Positions 50,146 to 63,308 of a stretch of DNA of 64,000 bases are shown one piece after another (position 1 is the stretch's first letter; each line of letters starts with the position of its first letter). The DNA is from Octopus sinensis. Its lineage: Eukaryota. Below the pieces are notes generated by a model. It made no database searches, was not told the origin of the DNA, and saw only the letters and a program-made list of their open reading frames with translations. The stretch spans positions 75,702,001-75,766,000 of the forward strand of contig NC_043000.1 in assembly GCF_006345805.1 (NCBI RefSeq), in the 5' to 3' direction. Position numbers and translations under genes: made by a program.

Positions 50146-52847
50146 CTGCAAGGTAAAAAGGAATCAAATATTTTGTAATATTGAATACAGAGAGTTTTCA
50201 AACAGGATTCAATTAGCAAAGGATAGATGTTTAATGAGGAGAGACAACACCAACAGGAGTGAAAAAGCTGGTGGTAAGTTAGATAAATTAGGTTAAATTA
50301 TTTAGTAAAATATGTATATAAGTCAAAATTAGTATCAGGTTTCAGTGTTTATGCTTCTAAGTTGTCCATTGTGTATCTGAGAACATCAAAGGACACAAGA
50401 AAGCAATGCTTACCTCTTGTTTCATAGAGTTAAGAGGACAAGTCACTTAATAAAATGCCAGACTATTAGAAGTTACTTTCCAGGTTTGGTAGCTATCCTA
50501 GAGAGCTAGGTAAATGTGGTTATGTAAAATTTTACTTAAAAGCAAAAACACTGCTGTGCATTTGATGCACTCAGTCTATCTCCACCAGTAGTAGACAGAT
50601 TGACTAGCATGAACACATTGAGTTTTGTGTTGTAAGTAACATCAAATGTCTGCAAGCAGAAGTATCTGTAAAACAATACTAGTAGATTAACTAGTTATAC
50701 ACTAAACAGCATATATTAGATATCAGAACCAATAATTGCTTATCTTACATGTAACACTATCAGTTCTACACTGTCGAATAAGCAGACAGAGCACATTAAC
50801 TTCAAGTGTGATTGGAAGCTTCATTTGGATATTTTTCTCAAAAATATCTTCTCCAATGTGTTAGGGAATTATTAATGTAAGGCCATAGTGTGCAAGTATC
50901 ACTAAAGCAGATGTATTAACATAATATACATTATGAATAAAAAAGATAGTCGAGGTAGTTGTTTAAATCAAAAGACAAAAAGGAACTTAGTTTTACTGTT
51001 AGTCTGAAGAGTTAATACTCAGTCTCTTCAGTTGAAGGAGAGAGATAATCAAATATTGTTAGTATGGTTAAGTGTTCTTGTACAGGTTTTTAGTGAGTAT
51101 GGAAACAACTCTACAAGGATTGGATAAATGTTAAAGAGCCTGAGAAGACACCTTAGATATAACAATGAATGAAGAGTCATAGAAATTGGGTGAACGTTAA
51201 ACAAGAGTGGTATAGAGTTTATAAGCTTAAAAGAGCAGTTGCTGCTGAAGTAGTTGGAAAGTTTGAGAAAGAATAGAGCTTAGAAATGGGTCAATGATTG
51301 TTAGTGAATTTGATTTGCCTGTTTATTCATTGGATTTTTTCCTTGGTTGTGGTTGAGACAATTTACATATTTTGAATCCAATAACTCAAATATATGTGGC
51401 CCGTATTTAAGTATGAGGAAGAGAGTTAGCAGTTAATCAAGGCCAACAACATTTTTTTTTTATCCTAAAGAAAATACTTAGTCTTTATGATGCAGTTTTG
51501 GCTATATAAGACATGGGATGGGAAGCGAGTGCTGAATTTGTCAGAGAATGTGCAAGATACTTTTTGTGTATGGTATTCCAGAAAGAATCAAACTAATGGT
51601 AAATTTCTGGAATTGTGAGATTATCTTGATAATGCTGATGTTATTTAACAGAGATGAATATTAATTCCAAAGTGACATTGTTCTAGGAAGTAGATTCTAG
51701 CCAAAATTTAATATAAGCAGAAACAAAATGAGATATACAACAAAGTGGCTTGATTAGGTGGAAATGTACATATAATTCCAAAGAAGAGGTGATTATGGCA
51801 ATGATAGGACACAATATATGGAGAGAAGATATTCCAATTAATCAAAAATGCTTGATATTTCAATATGCTGTCAAGGAGGCTGGTGACCAAAAGGAGTATA
51901 TCACTCTAGACTTGGTCTATTCTACCAATAATCTATGTTTTACCTGATAAACTAAGTGTGCTCAGAAAAAGACTGCAGAACCAATAAAAAAACATGGAAA
52001 TAGAGAACCAAAATAATTATCATCAACTAACTGTTCATATGATAAATGACTTCAACTTGAGATGCAACAGATTGATGGAGGGAACACAGGAATAATGATT
52101 AAATACCAGGCGCATTCTATTTTGTATTTTAAGTTCTATTCTATCAAGATACATTTACAAATAATGTTACAGACATAGCTTACCAGATATTCTAAATTAA
52201 AATCAACAAATTATATAACTTAGTACATCTATTGAAAAGATTTCAGAAATCAGTGGGGTCCCCAGCCAGTAACTGACAAAAGGAATAACTATCGGTATAA
52301 GCTACAAGTATTAGTAGTACTACTAGATATAGGCAAGTATGATAAATCAATACAAAACAAAACACACAGATTTAAATACTTTAGAGTACACTGTTATCAG
52401 AAGACAGCTGTTTATTCACAAACATCTTACCTTATTGAGAGCAAAAAAACAGTAACACTTGTTATTCATATTCAAAATTGAAATTAATAAGTCTACCATG
52501 TTGAGAGGAACTCACAACAAAATAGTGTTGCTGTGAGTATGCTTTAAAGGAGTGGGTTATATTTACAAATAAAGCACTGCAGACTAAAATAAACATCACA
52601 TTTTACTGAAAGGTTATAAAATCTCATGAGAAATATTTCAAAAAATCAAACAAAAACGATAAAACAAAAAAATAGCTCCAGAAGACCTGCTAAGATATCA
52701 TCCAGTGAAACAGTTGTCACACATATATAAGATGATCTACAATACTGAATTTTTTAAAAAACAAACTTACAGACAAACAAAAAAAGAACTCATAAGCAGA
52801 ACAAACAAGTTAGAGAACTGTGAACACAGTCTGCTAACTATTTACAA

Positions 52848-54640
52848 AGCAAGTCAAAAGGTTTGCAACATTCGCATGTGCTAGTTTGCAGTGTGTATAT
52901 TATGTGACCAAAGCAGTTCAAAACCATGGAAGGTGCCCACTGAGGTTGGTAGTATCGTGACAGTTGGTGAGCTGTCATGTACATTGCTTCACTCCACATG
53001 TGATTGCAAAGCCACACAGATGAACGCACAATGTAGTCTGATTTGGGAATTTATGCTTTATGAGTTTGATTTGGGCCATAACACTGTGGAAGCAACCAGA
53101 ACCCTTTGTTGTGTGAAAGGTGAAGGCACAGTTGATCACAGTACAGTAGTCAGATGGTTTGAGAAATTTTACTTGAGTTGTAAAAACCTTGACAATCAAA
53201 TAAGGCCATATAGACCTAAAACCATGGATTCCAAGGTCATGCTCCAAGCCATAGAGGCAAATCTAGCAAGTAGCATTTGGAGAGTATCAGGTGAGCTTGG
53301 CATCTCACAGTCCAGTGTGACTTGTCACCTTCAACGGCCTCAGTAAAAGCACCAGCTCAAGCACAAAGGTGAATGGATGTTTACAATGAGGTCCTGGAAA
53401 ATCTGCATGAGCTGCATTTCCTGAAGAGGATAATAACGTGATGAGAATTGGATATTTTTGCACAAAATGGAGAAAATGAAACAAATATGGACGACTTGTT
53501 CAGAAACACCCATTAGTGGGGAACAATTCTCAAAGATAGCCTCCAATTGTTTTCCCCCAAAATTCGCATGTCCTTGGAATCTACATAGTCTGAGGTATAT
53601 TTGTAGAGAATTTCATTAAAAAATATCCAGTTTCATGAAAGTTAAGACGAATTGAAGTGGACTCCGGTGAAATTTCCGAAATTACCCACTCCAACCCCGC
53701 CTACGCCCCCACCCAATTTTGTATATTCAAAATCTACATGTTATAACACATATTTGTAGACAATTTCATTAAAAATATCCATTTTTCTGAAAGTTATGAT
53801 CATCCAAAGTTGGGAGCACAGAAATCTGTAGTTATACCAATTCAAAAATACAGCAGTACAAGTAAAAGAAGTTCATCAATATTTGGAGGAATATTTCAAA
53901 TTTGGATTTATACCTGCAATCCATGATAAACTGTCATCAAGTTATAGGCAAAAAACTTGGATCTTGTGAATTTTCTGAAATCCTCTTCCTGTCCCTCGTA
54001 AAAGATTTTACCACAAATTTCTTGACAATCGTAATCTATGCTGGTTGAAAGATTTTTATTTAAAATCTCATATAAAAAAAAAAAAAACATTTTCCTAAAA
54101 GTTACGAGGGAAAAACTTGGATTTTGTGAATTTTCTGAAGCCCTTCCCACCGCCGTTGATTTCTGTACATTTTTTTTTTCATATTTGCTTCCTACACATT
54201 TTTTTTTTTTACATCCATTGCACTATTTTTAAAAATTTTGTTTCCATTGTAAACATTAACCAAATTTTGAATAACAAAAATTAAGTATCACAAGGGGGCA
54301 TCAAGATTTTAGAAATGATTTAGTGGGGCATGGCCAAAAATCAGTTGGGAATCACTGGTCTAGACCCAGGTTCCTTGAATTGTTACTTGTTCCAATTAAT
54401 GGCTCACTTCCTGCACTTGCAACACTTCATCAACCAAGATGAGGTAGAAGCTTCAGTGAAGGAGTTCTTCACCTCAAAGGACAAGAACTGATATCAGCAT
54501 AGGATCAAAGAACTAGCAGAAAGGTGGCTTCAGACAGTCCAACACAATGGCCTCTACTTTGAATACTAGGCTGCTTTTGTGGAACCTTGACAAATAAAGC
54601 AAGTAAGTTACCAAAAGACTGCAAAACTTCTAGCTTAATC
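52848..54640 (+). mobile_element. Mariner transposon remnant, centre replaced by another insertion
   Basis: N-terminal HTH 52891-53346 (LYEF..G, VRWFEKF, ELGISQSSV); C-terminal part 54362-54570 (FFTSKDKN, IKELAERW, NGLYFE); degenerate TIR-like ends. Confidence 0.75.
53546..54361. mobile_element. Non-autonomous DNA element(s) interrupting the mariner
   Basis: Internal direct repeats (CATATTTGTAGA..ATTTCATTAAAAA.ATCCA at about 53597 and 53750; AAAACTTGGAT.TTGTGAATTTTCTGAA at about 53953 and 54113); hAT-like end GGGAATCACTG near 54347. Confidence 0.5.
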
Positions 54641-55164
54641 TTTACGCTACCGGTCAGGTACCTAAATAATATATACATAGAATTGGTTCTGTGAGTAAGA
54701 ACTTTTACAGGTCTGAAGAGATTGAACAGGAATAAAAATGACTGGCCATCAAAGACATTGGGAAAATATATAGCAGGCTCAACTAGGGAGGATGATAACT
54801 GCTACAAACTGATAGAAGACACAACCATAATACAAGTAGAATAAATATGACACAAAAACGATGAGGTTTGAAAATATTAAGTGTTATAGATGAGATAATG
54901 CAAGGGAATATGACAGAGATATGCCATACTGCAGACTTCCAAATCTATACCAGAAAGGAAAATAGAAGCTATGAAAATGTTGATGATTATGATTAAGACA
55001 ATATTTAGAAAGTGTGAGGGTGAATAAAAAGCACTGGTATATAAATAAATCAATTCATTCTTTCTTTTCCAAACATAAGATATATAATTAAAAAATTCCA
55101 TGGGTTAAATAAAATAAACTTTAATTTCATGTGGTGTTTTGTAACATAATTTAACAAAAGATAT

Positions 55165-55562
55165 TTTTCATTTGTTCTTTTACTTGTTTCAGTCATTTGA
55201 CTGTGGCCATGTTGGAGCACCACCTTTAGTCGAACAAATCAACCCGAAGACATTCTTTGTAAGCCTAGTAATTATTCTCTCGGTCTCTTTTGCCAAACTG
55301 CTAAGTTACATGGACGTAAACACACCAACATCAGCATCAAGCGATGATGAGGGAGACAAACACAAGACACACAAATACATACATATATATATATACAACA
55401 GGTTTCTTTTAGTTTCCATCTACCAAATCCACTCACAAGGCTTTGGTCAGCGCAAGGCTATAGTAGAAGACACTTTTGCCCAAGGTGTCAAGCAGTGGAA
55501 CTGAACCCAGAACCATGGGGTTGGGAAGCAAGCTTCTTACCACACAGCCACTCCTGCACCTA
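55165..55562 (-). mobile_element. SINE pair/composite
   Basis: 55375-55562 is the reverse complement of 62278-62440; 55165-55375 contains TTCAGTCATTTGACTGTGGCCATG, also seen in reverse at 63740-63785. Confidence 0.7.
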
Positions 55563-57692
55563 TGTCGAACTTTACAAAACATTTTTTATTGTATATTAAA
55601 AAAAAATCAATACAATTTTTTAACAATCTACATCACATAAACAAAATGGCAAAACTGCCATCATAAAGAACAACCAGCAATATTCACTGTATCAGCCATA
55701 ATGACGCCATTCCAATTTGTAAAGCAGTAGTCTAGAGACTGAGAACACCAGAGGTCTCAACAACAACTGTATGAAAAGGAAACTTCCCATTAATGACTGC
55801 ACTTAGTTATCTACCACTTGCAGAGTGAAAAGGTTAAGATTGGAGAATGAGTTACACAAGTAGCCTCTCAGATAAGCAACTTTCTTCCCTTGAATGGAAA
55901 AAGTTTATGTTATCCAGATGCCTTCCATCATTGCCATCAAAGCCAAAGCCAACAGGCTCAAGTTGTGATAGAAAACTGGCAGCATTGATGCTTTTTTTTT
56001 TAATAACACTGTTCAGTGTCACATAGCAAAGGAATCATATCCCATAGTGTAATGACAAGAATGTTGGAGCAATCTGAACTTGTCAGCAATGGTGGAGGAC
56101 AAATCTGATGTGTGTGCACTCATTGTCAAGAAGGGTCCAAGTCAAAGAAAGTAAGTGACAAATGGATTCTTGTGTTGGTGGAACTAGAATTGAGATTGTT
56201 CCAGTTGTGTTTATTGGCTATACCCTAGAGACATTGAAGCAACTGTGAATTATGAAAAGGTTGTAAGTATAATGAAGAAGTTGGCTTGGAGCAAGCTATT
56301 TTTTAGAGGAGTGTTTGACTGAAGCAGACCTTCATCAGCTACAGCAGAGTGCAACAAAGTTAGGTTTTTAAGGTAATCTGGTCACAAGTCATCCACACAA
56401 CTGCTACAACTACCTTTAGAAGCAGTTACAAAAATATGATAAGCAGGAACAAGGACTGTTTTGATATCAGTCAGGAGGATGTGGCTGCTTCAATTAGAGT
56501 GGACTTAAAAACTCAGCTATGCATTGGAGAATGTCATTCAATGTCATTATTCACAATGGTAGAAATAACTTTCTCAATTTTGTTTTGATGCAAATGTAGC
56601 CATGAATTTATTGTATACATGAAGTATGGAGAGTGACTGTGAAAAGTTTTCCAAATTTAAACCTAACACAGCAAAGAGACCATAGCAAGGAGATAAAATA
56701 ATACTCAAAGACAGATATAAGAAAATATTCTATAATTTTCTCTCAATGTGTAATCAGAAAATGGATAGGCTTGTGCAAGTTACATCAACAGTAACTAAAT
56801 GACAATAATGTGTTGGTTTATTGTGTATTATAGAATATCAAAGCAGTGTTAGTATTATATTAAATGGAAACATTTCTGCTAACTAAATGACTTAAATTAT
56901 TCATGTTGCATTACAATCTGAGAACTACAAAAAAGCCTACAGCTAATATAAAGTTATTGAAAGTAGTTATGTCAGCAATCAGCCCTAATATATAGCTAAT
57001 GTATGTTATTGAATTTACTAGAAATAGCAAATTCATCTCCCTCAAATCACTGTCTGCTGTCTAACAAAAAGAGAAAATAATAGATAATGTAATCCTAGAC
57101 AAACTATTTGTGTCTGAAAATAAGACATGATGGTCACAGCTAGGAAATCTCTGATCATAGGTCTACTAAATCAGAGTTGAGCAGAAGCTACACAACAAGA
57201 TAGAACTGAACTGAAACATTGGATGTACAGAATAGATTTTCCCTAAGATATTGCAGTGAACACTTTGATAGTTTAAAATATTAAACAACAAAGTAAATGA
57301 TACCAAGCTTCTTACTGAACACACTCACCAGGCAAAATATACTGATTTACTTTGAATGGTCAAATGGCCATTTTTCAAAGAGGAGTATCATCAACTGAAT
57401 TCCACATTATTAACAGAAATACTAATTTTGTCAGTTACAGAGTGATGAACATGAAGTTAAACCAGAAGAGATTTGATCTCAAAAGCTGAAAGTGAGTAAA
57501 ACAAATACTGTAATGAATGGAATACAACACTGCTGTCTCAGCCATGCTGCACTTCAGGGGATAAAATATTGTGCAATAAAGATCAAACAGTTACTCAAGG
57601 TACTTCTTAAATTGATAATCAATTCTCACATTAATTACAGCTTCTCTCAACCTAGAGTACCCAAACAACTAAATATTTCTAAGCTACCAATT

Positions 57693-58272
57693 TTATTATT
57701 ATTATTTTACTTCTTAGAGCTCTCAGTTTTATTTGCTCTGGTTTATTCAATGGTAGCAGACAGCAACCTGTTATCAGAGGTTTCACTGGGTCTCTTTCCA
57801 CAAATTACAAGCTTTGGTACTTGGGTGTTGTGTGTTTTCCACAATAAGTTAACATCCAAGTACCAATCTTGAAATCCTAGCTGTCCCCAATAGCATAGTT
57901 TTTTTGGCCTGCTCTACCCATATGTCAATTCCAATTTCTCCAACATATTTCTCAAACCTGGTTGCTAGTGCTCCAAGCGCCTCTACAACTACTCTCCTCA
58001 TTGCCCACATTCTTGCAATTTCAACTTTTATTAGTCTGTATTTCTCCATCTTTTCAAGCTCTTAGTCATCTATATGTGCATCCCCAGATATGGCAATATC
58101 TATGATCTTGGCATCCTTTTCTCTTTTGTCTATCATAACATTGTCTGGTCTTCAAGTATCAATTAGGGAGCTACATTGGATTGTAAAATCCATTAGGATC
58201 TTACATTCATTGTTCTCAGCAACACCCTCTGGTTCATGCTTGTACCATTTCTATGTTCTGCCCAAACCATAC
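57693..58272 (-). mobile_element. R4/Dong-like non-LTR element 3' fragment (restriction-like endonuclease)
   Basis: KWYKHEPEGVAENNECKILMDFTIQ...RPDNVMIDKREK...IIDIAISGD...EKYRLIKVEIARMW...GAL...LLGTARI; both ends lie in TAA/ATT runs. Confidence 0.85.
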
Positions 58273-58280
58273 TTATTATT

Positions 58281-58500
58281 ATCATTATTAAGGCAGTGAG
58301 CTGCCAGAATCATTAGCATGTTGGACAAAATGCTTAGTGGTATTTCATTCATCCCTACATTCTTAGTTCAAATTCCACAATGGCTGACTTTGCCTTTTAT
58401 CCTTTCAAGGTTGATAAAATAAGTACCAGTTGTGCACTGGGGTCAATGTAAATGACTATCCTTCTACCCAAAATTTCAGGCCTTGTGCTTATAGTAGAAA
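58281..58500 (+). mobile_element. tRNA-type SINE
   Basis: A-box-like TGCCAGAATCATTAGC, B-box GTTCAAATTCC; several copies in the window. Confidence 0.75.
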
Positions 58501-58786
58501 GGGCCGTCGCCATCGTCGTCATCATTATTATGACTGCGATAGCGTAAAGTCACGGAAATTTGGTGCTCCATAAGTTGAAAACGTGTTTGTAATCTTTTCA
58601 ACCTTCTAAGGCCCTGTGTTTTCATTTTATTGTTACCATTGCATTTCTGAGATTGTCTGGACTACGCAGATAGTATCTTTGTGTAGAAATACCCCCTGCT
58701 TTGCAGGGGATGCACATAAATAGTTTTTGAATCTTAACAACTTTTGAAAAAAATAATATTTTGCTGTTTTGATTATTCAATTAAAG

Positions 58787-59227
58787 ATGGCTGATAAAGA
58801 AGCTATCATAATGTTCGACAACAACGCATTCCATGTAAAAAAAAAAAAAATTGAGAACAAAGATATAGAATGGCCTACACTTAATGACATCACTGAGGTG
58901 AATAATGTTTTGTCTCTCAGCAACGTCAAAACTACTAGTGTCATCGTCTACGAATCCAATGCTACCGCCAACATGAAAGAAATGAAACATAAAAACAGGA
59001 ATATTGCCTCTGCTTCTTTTGCGTTTGTGGCAAGAAATATGGAAGATTTCTGCCTAGATGAAGAAGATTTTAAAATGGCAAGGAAAATTGTAAAAAGGAA
59101 TGGGAGAAGGGTAGCTCTAAACCCCCCATCTGATGTGATAGAAAGTATCTTAAGATGTACGGTCACATACTGTTGCATCGGAGTTAAGTCACACCAGGTG
59201 GAAAATGCCACCTGCAACAATTTCTAG
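58787..59227 (+). CDS. Unassigned 146-aa ORF (MADKEAIIMF...), possible first exon or intronless gene
   Basis: Good Kozak context aagATGG, uninterrupted frame, locally CpG-rich. No recognisable domain. Confidence 0.35.
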   Translation: MADKEAIIMFDNNAFHVKKKKIENKDIEWPTLNDITEVNNVLSLSNVKTTSVIVYESNATANMKEMKHKNRNIASASFAFVARNMEDFCLDEEDFKMARKIVKRNGRRVALNPPSDVIESILRCTVTYCCIGVKSHQVENATCNNF

Positions 59228-59417
59228 AGGGTGAATGTGTGTGGGCTTTGTTTGTGAGACATGCCTTTTCACAATTCGCCTTCTTCACAGACCTGCAGTG
59301 CTGGGTAAAGGATAGGCTGAGACTGGGCACCCAGCACTTAGAATGTCATCAGGTCCTCCACAAGTCAAGCAACAGGAGTGGTGGATGTTCCATTTTAGCT
59401 AAATACAGAGGATTATT

Positions 59418-60817
59418 ATCATCATCACCATCGTTTAGAGTCCGCTTTCCATGCTAGCATGGGTTGGACGGTGCAACTGGGGTCTGGGAAGCCAGAAGGC
59501 TGCACCAGGCCCAGTCTGATCTGGCAATGTTTCTACAGCTGGATGCCCTTCCTAACGCCAACCACTCCATGAATGTAGTGTGTACTTTTTACGTGCCACC
59601 GGCACAGGTGCCAGATGAGGCTGGCAAACGGCCACGATCGGATGGTGCTTTTTACGTGCCACCGGCATGGAGGCCAGGCAAACGGCCAAGATCGGATGGT
59701 GCTTTTTACGTGCCACTGGCATGGAGGCCAGGTGAGGCTGGCAACGGCCACGATCGGATGGTGCTTTTTACGTGCCACCGGCACAGAAGCCAGTCGGAGC
59801 GGCGCTGGCAACGGCCACGTTCGGATGGTTCTCTTATGTGCCACCAGTACTGGTATCACAGCTACAATTTCCATTCATGTTGATCGATTTTGATTTTTGA
59901 TTTTGATTTTCACAAGTAGAGTTTTGTGTCCCAAGAAGGAAAGGTATGCATCAGTGGACTGAGGCCATGGGTTATGGTCTCACTTGTCCTGCCGGGTCTT
60001 CTCACGCACAGCATACTTTCAAAGATCTCTGTCTCTAGTCATTTCCTCAGTGAGACCTAAAGTACGAAGGTTGTGCTTCACCACCTCATCCCAGGTTTTC
60101 CTGGGTCTGCCTCTTCCACAGGTTCCCTCAACAGCTAGGGTGTGGCACTTTTTCACACAACTATCTTCATCCATTCTCGCCACATGGCCATACCAGCGCA
60201 AATGTCTCTCTTGCACACCGCAACTGATGCTTCTTAGGTCCGACTTCTCTCTCAAGGTACTTACACTCTGTCGAGCATGAACACTGACATTATACATCCA
60301 TCGGAGCATACTGGCTTCATTTCTTGCGAGCTTACGCATATCCTCAGCAGTCACGGCCCATGTTTCACTGCCATGTAGCATGGCTGTTCATACACATGCA
60401 TCATACAGTCTGCCTTTTACTCTGAGTGAGAGGCCTTTTGTCACCAGCAGAGGTAAGAGCTCTCTGAACTTTGCCCAAGCTATTCTTACTCTAGCAGTTA
60501 CACTTTCAACACACCTGCCCCCGCTACTGACTTGGTCACCTAGGTAACGGAAACTATCAACTATTTCTAGTTTTTCTCCCTGGAATGTGGCGGAAGTTGC
60601 TCTCTGCGCATTTTCAGTGTTTATTGCTCCTGAGCATCTGCCACATACAAAAACTATCTTCCTAGTTAGCCTTCCTTTGACGTTGCTGCACCTCTTATGT
60701 GTCCATAGCTTACACTTGGTGCATCTTATGGTGCATCTTATAGAGTTTCTACCTACGCCTTTCCTACAGATCGAGCAAGGCCATCTACCTGAAGGCGTTT
60801 GTGACTTGTCTACCTTC
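59418..60817 (-). mobile_element. 5'-truncated RTE LINE (PHD family), 3' portion
   Basis: ORFs 60388-60855 and 60019-60381; 3' UTR with repeated modules; (CAT)n tail at 59418; 12-bp duplication giving IRCTIRCT. Confidence 0.93.
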
Positions 60818-61300
60818 GGAAAGTGTGACAACTTCCTTGGGGAAACCCTAGGCATCGACGAAGATGAACTGACAAGTCTATTCCAGAGGACTTCCCAGTT
60901 AGGGACTGTTATGGATAATTTCCAGATGTCTTTGGTCTGGCAGTGCTACCGGGGTGTGCTACTGGTTCAAGATAAACTCTACAGGCTAGATGGGTTTGTC
61001 TGAGGTGATTGCAGAGTGACAAAACCATTCTGCATGCACTCGTTCAGTGTCTGAGCATTGTTGACTTGTGGAGTTATGTTGAACAGATGCTATTGCATGT
61101 GGGATGGATCCATCTGTCAGCCAAGTCCATAATGATGATTTCTCCACCGCCCTCCTTTAATCAAGCAGGAAAGGCAGTTTTCCTTTGTTCGGTAGCAGTG
61201 GTGAAAGAGGTTGTCTGATGGACGAGGCTGAAAGGAATGAGGACAGAAACATTCCTCTTTAGTAAAGCCCTCAACTTTTTCAAGTTTCACTTAAAAAGGA
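60818..61300 (-). mobile_element. Unassigned TE fragment with weak Penelope RT-like motifs
   Basis: Minus frame GGGEIIIMD and RVYLEPVAHPGSTARPKTSGNYP loosely resemble DKGG..V.MD and FY.LPK.HK.G.P.RP..SG. Confidence 0.35.
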
Positions 61301-61709
61301 AAGTGAGGGTGGAGAGAGAGGTGCTGTCTTCAAGTGAATTTATGAAAAGGTAGGTGAAAGTTGTGAAAATGGCAAGAGTGGATGGTACCACTCTCAGTGT
61401 AGACCTGTGAGTCAGAAGAAAGGAGTTAGAGAAAGTACTCGTCCTTGGCATTCAGGGTGACCTTGGACAGTGGGGTTCCTCGATTACCTTTGGAGGTCCT
61501 CCTGTATCAGGGGGATCCTATCACTTTCTCTTTTTCCCACACCTCTTCTTCTAGTGTTGTATACTATATATACTTCCCTTCATCTGATACATACCGTGTA
61601 TACCTTATTTTTTATCATTCCGTCATATGTAAACCCCCACACTTTATGTCTGTCTTTGTATTGTCACCCTTATCCCCTTGGTGGCAAATAAAAGAAATCA
61701 TTATTATTA

Positions 61710-61900
61710 AGCTGGTGAGCAGGCAGAATTGTGAACATCAGACAAAATACCTACGACTTATTCTCTGAGTTCAAACTATCATGGTCAACTTTACCTTTTA
61801 TCCTTCTAGGATCAATAAAATAAAGTACTAGTCAAATACTAGGGTCATGATATCAACTAATCCCTTTCCCTCAAAAACTGCTAGCCTTTTGCCAAAAGTA
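61710..61900 (+). mobile_element. tRNA-type SINE
   Basis: GAGCAGGCAGAATTGT...GAGTTCAAACT...GTCAACTTTACCTTTTATCC, same family as 58281. Confidence 0.65.
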
Positions 61901-62277
61901 TTACTATTATTTCAGTTATGCACAAGGTTAGACTGTTGGAAAAAATTCCTAACATTGGTCTACAACAAGTAACCTTAGATAAGAACCTTCCTAAGTATCC
62001 TAGCTGTCCCTAATATTACTGTTTTCTAAAACTGTACTAAACTAGGTTTTATGCCTATTTCCTCTATCCACCAGTTCAAATCTTTAGGAATAGCTCCTAA
62101 TGCACCTATTTTACAGGGATACATTTTAGCCACACTTTTCATGGTTGTTGTAACTCAATGGTTCAGTCCTGGTGCTTTGCTATTTTCTCTATATTATCTC
62201 TCATATTGACTTTTTTCATCATTTGGGACTATAAAGTCAATTACCTGGCACTTTCTATTTTCTTTGTCTACAGCTAT

Positions 62278-62440
62278 AGGTGCAGGCATGGCTGTGTGGT
62301 AAGAAGCTTGCTTCCCAACCAAATGGTTCTGGGTTCAGTGCCACTGCATGGCATGTTGGGCAAGTGTTTTCTGTTATAACCTTGGGCTAACCGAGGCCTT
62401 GTAAGTGGATTTGGTAGGCGGAAACCAAGAGAAGCCCATC
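62278..62440 (+). mobile_element. tRNA-type SINE (second family)
   Basis: TGGCTGTGTGGTAAGAAGC A-box-like, GGTTCAGTGCC B-box-like, ends in (AT)n. Confidence 0.7.
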
Positions 62441-62878
62441 ATATATATATAATTTAGAGACAAATCGCTATTTAGTTATTCCAGTAATAGTGAAAAGATA
62501 TTATCTATAATAACCACATAGAAATTAATTAAATACCTTATAATTATTATTCTAAAAATCTCATAACAAATCAAACATTAATGATAATAATAAATATAAT
62601 AAATAAAAGTAATGTTAACAATAAGAATTAAATTTGGTTAATTATTCCTTATGGAGTTAAAACAAACATTATTAAAGAGATATTAAAATTAATTGAATTA
62701 TTTATTGTAGATAATAAAAAATATAATATTTTTTTCTAGTAATAATTTTGGAGTTGGTTATTCTACTACTAATAATGTTGGTAACATTATTTTATCTTTT
62801 AATAGTTTTAAGCTGAATAAGTTTTATATTAAAAAATTATATAATAATTCCAATAATACTAGTGACCAGAATTTAATT

Positions 62879-63308
62879 AATTGTACGGGTAGAGATAAGA
62901 TGAAATGTAAATTTAAAAATAAATGTAACTTGGCTGATGTAGTATATAAATATTAATATTAATTAATAGGAATAGTTACAATATAAATGCGAAATACGTG
63001 GGGTCGATGTCTAATAAAATTACATTATGGGTGGCCCAACACATGCACCATTTAAGAATAAAACATTGATTAATTCTACAGGCCTTAGCAAATATATATG
63101 GAAATTAAAATCTAAAGGAATTAAGTATAATTTGAAATGGGAGATAGTTTGTAAAGCTAAATCTTATCAAATAGGTAATAACTTTTGTTTACTATGTACA
63201 AATGAATTTATGGAGATATTAAGATCTAAAAAACAATTGATTAATTCCCAAGATGAGAAGAAAATTAAATGTAGACATAAGTCGAATTATTTATATAAGT
63301 TTAGATAA
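62879..63308 (+). mobile_element. Penelope-like element GIY-YIG endonuclease remnant
   Basis: NCTGRDKMKCKFKNKCNLADVVYK...KYVG (frameshifted), then STGLSKYIWKLK...LKWEIVCKAKSY...CLLCTNE...KCRHK; embedded in very AT-rich DNA 62450-63750. Confidence 0.8.

Noticed and set aside
49786-50151. ORF-track 121-aa protein as a complete gene
   Set aside because: Homology stops at the GTCAGT donor (50005); the remainder is intron read-through and the TTG start lies in the acceptor.
50900-51950. Very old LINE-like remnants (also about 26900-27340, 31750-32400, 34900-35400, 55750-56600)
   Set aside because: Purine-skewed, RT-like texture but no motif I could read reliably, so not listed as features.
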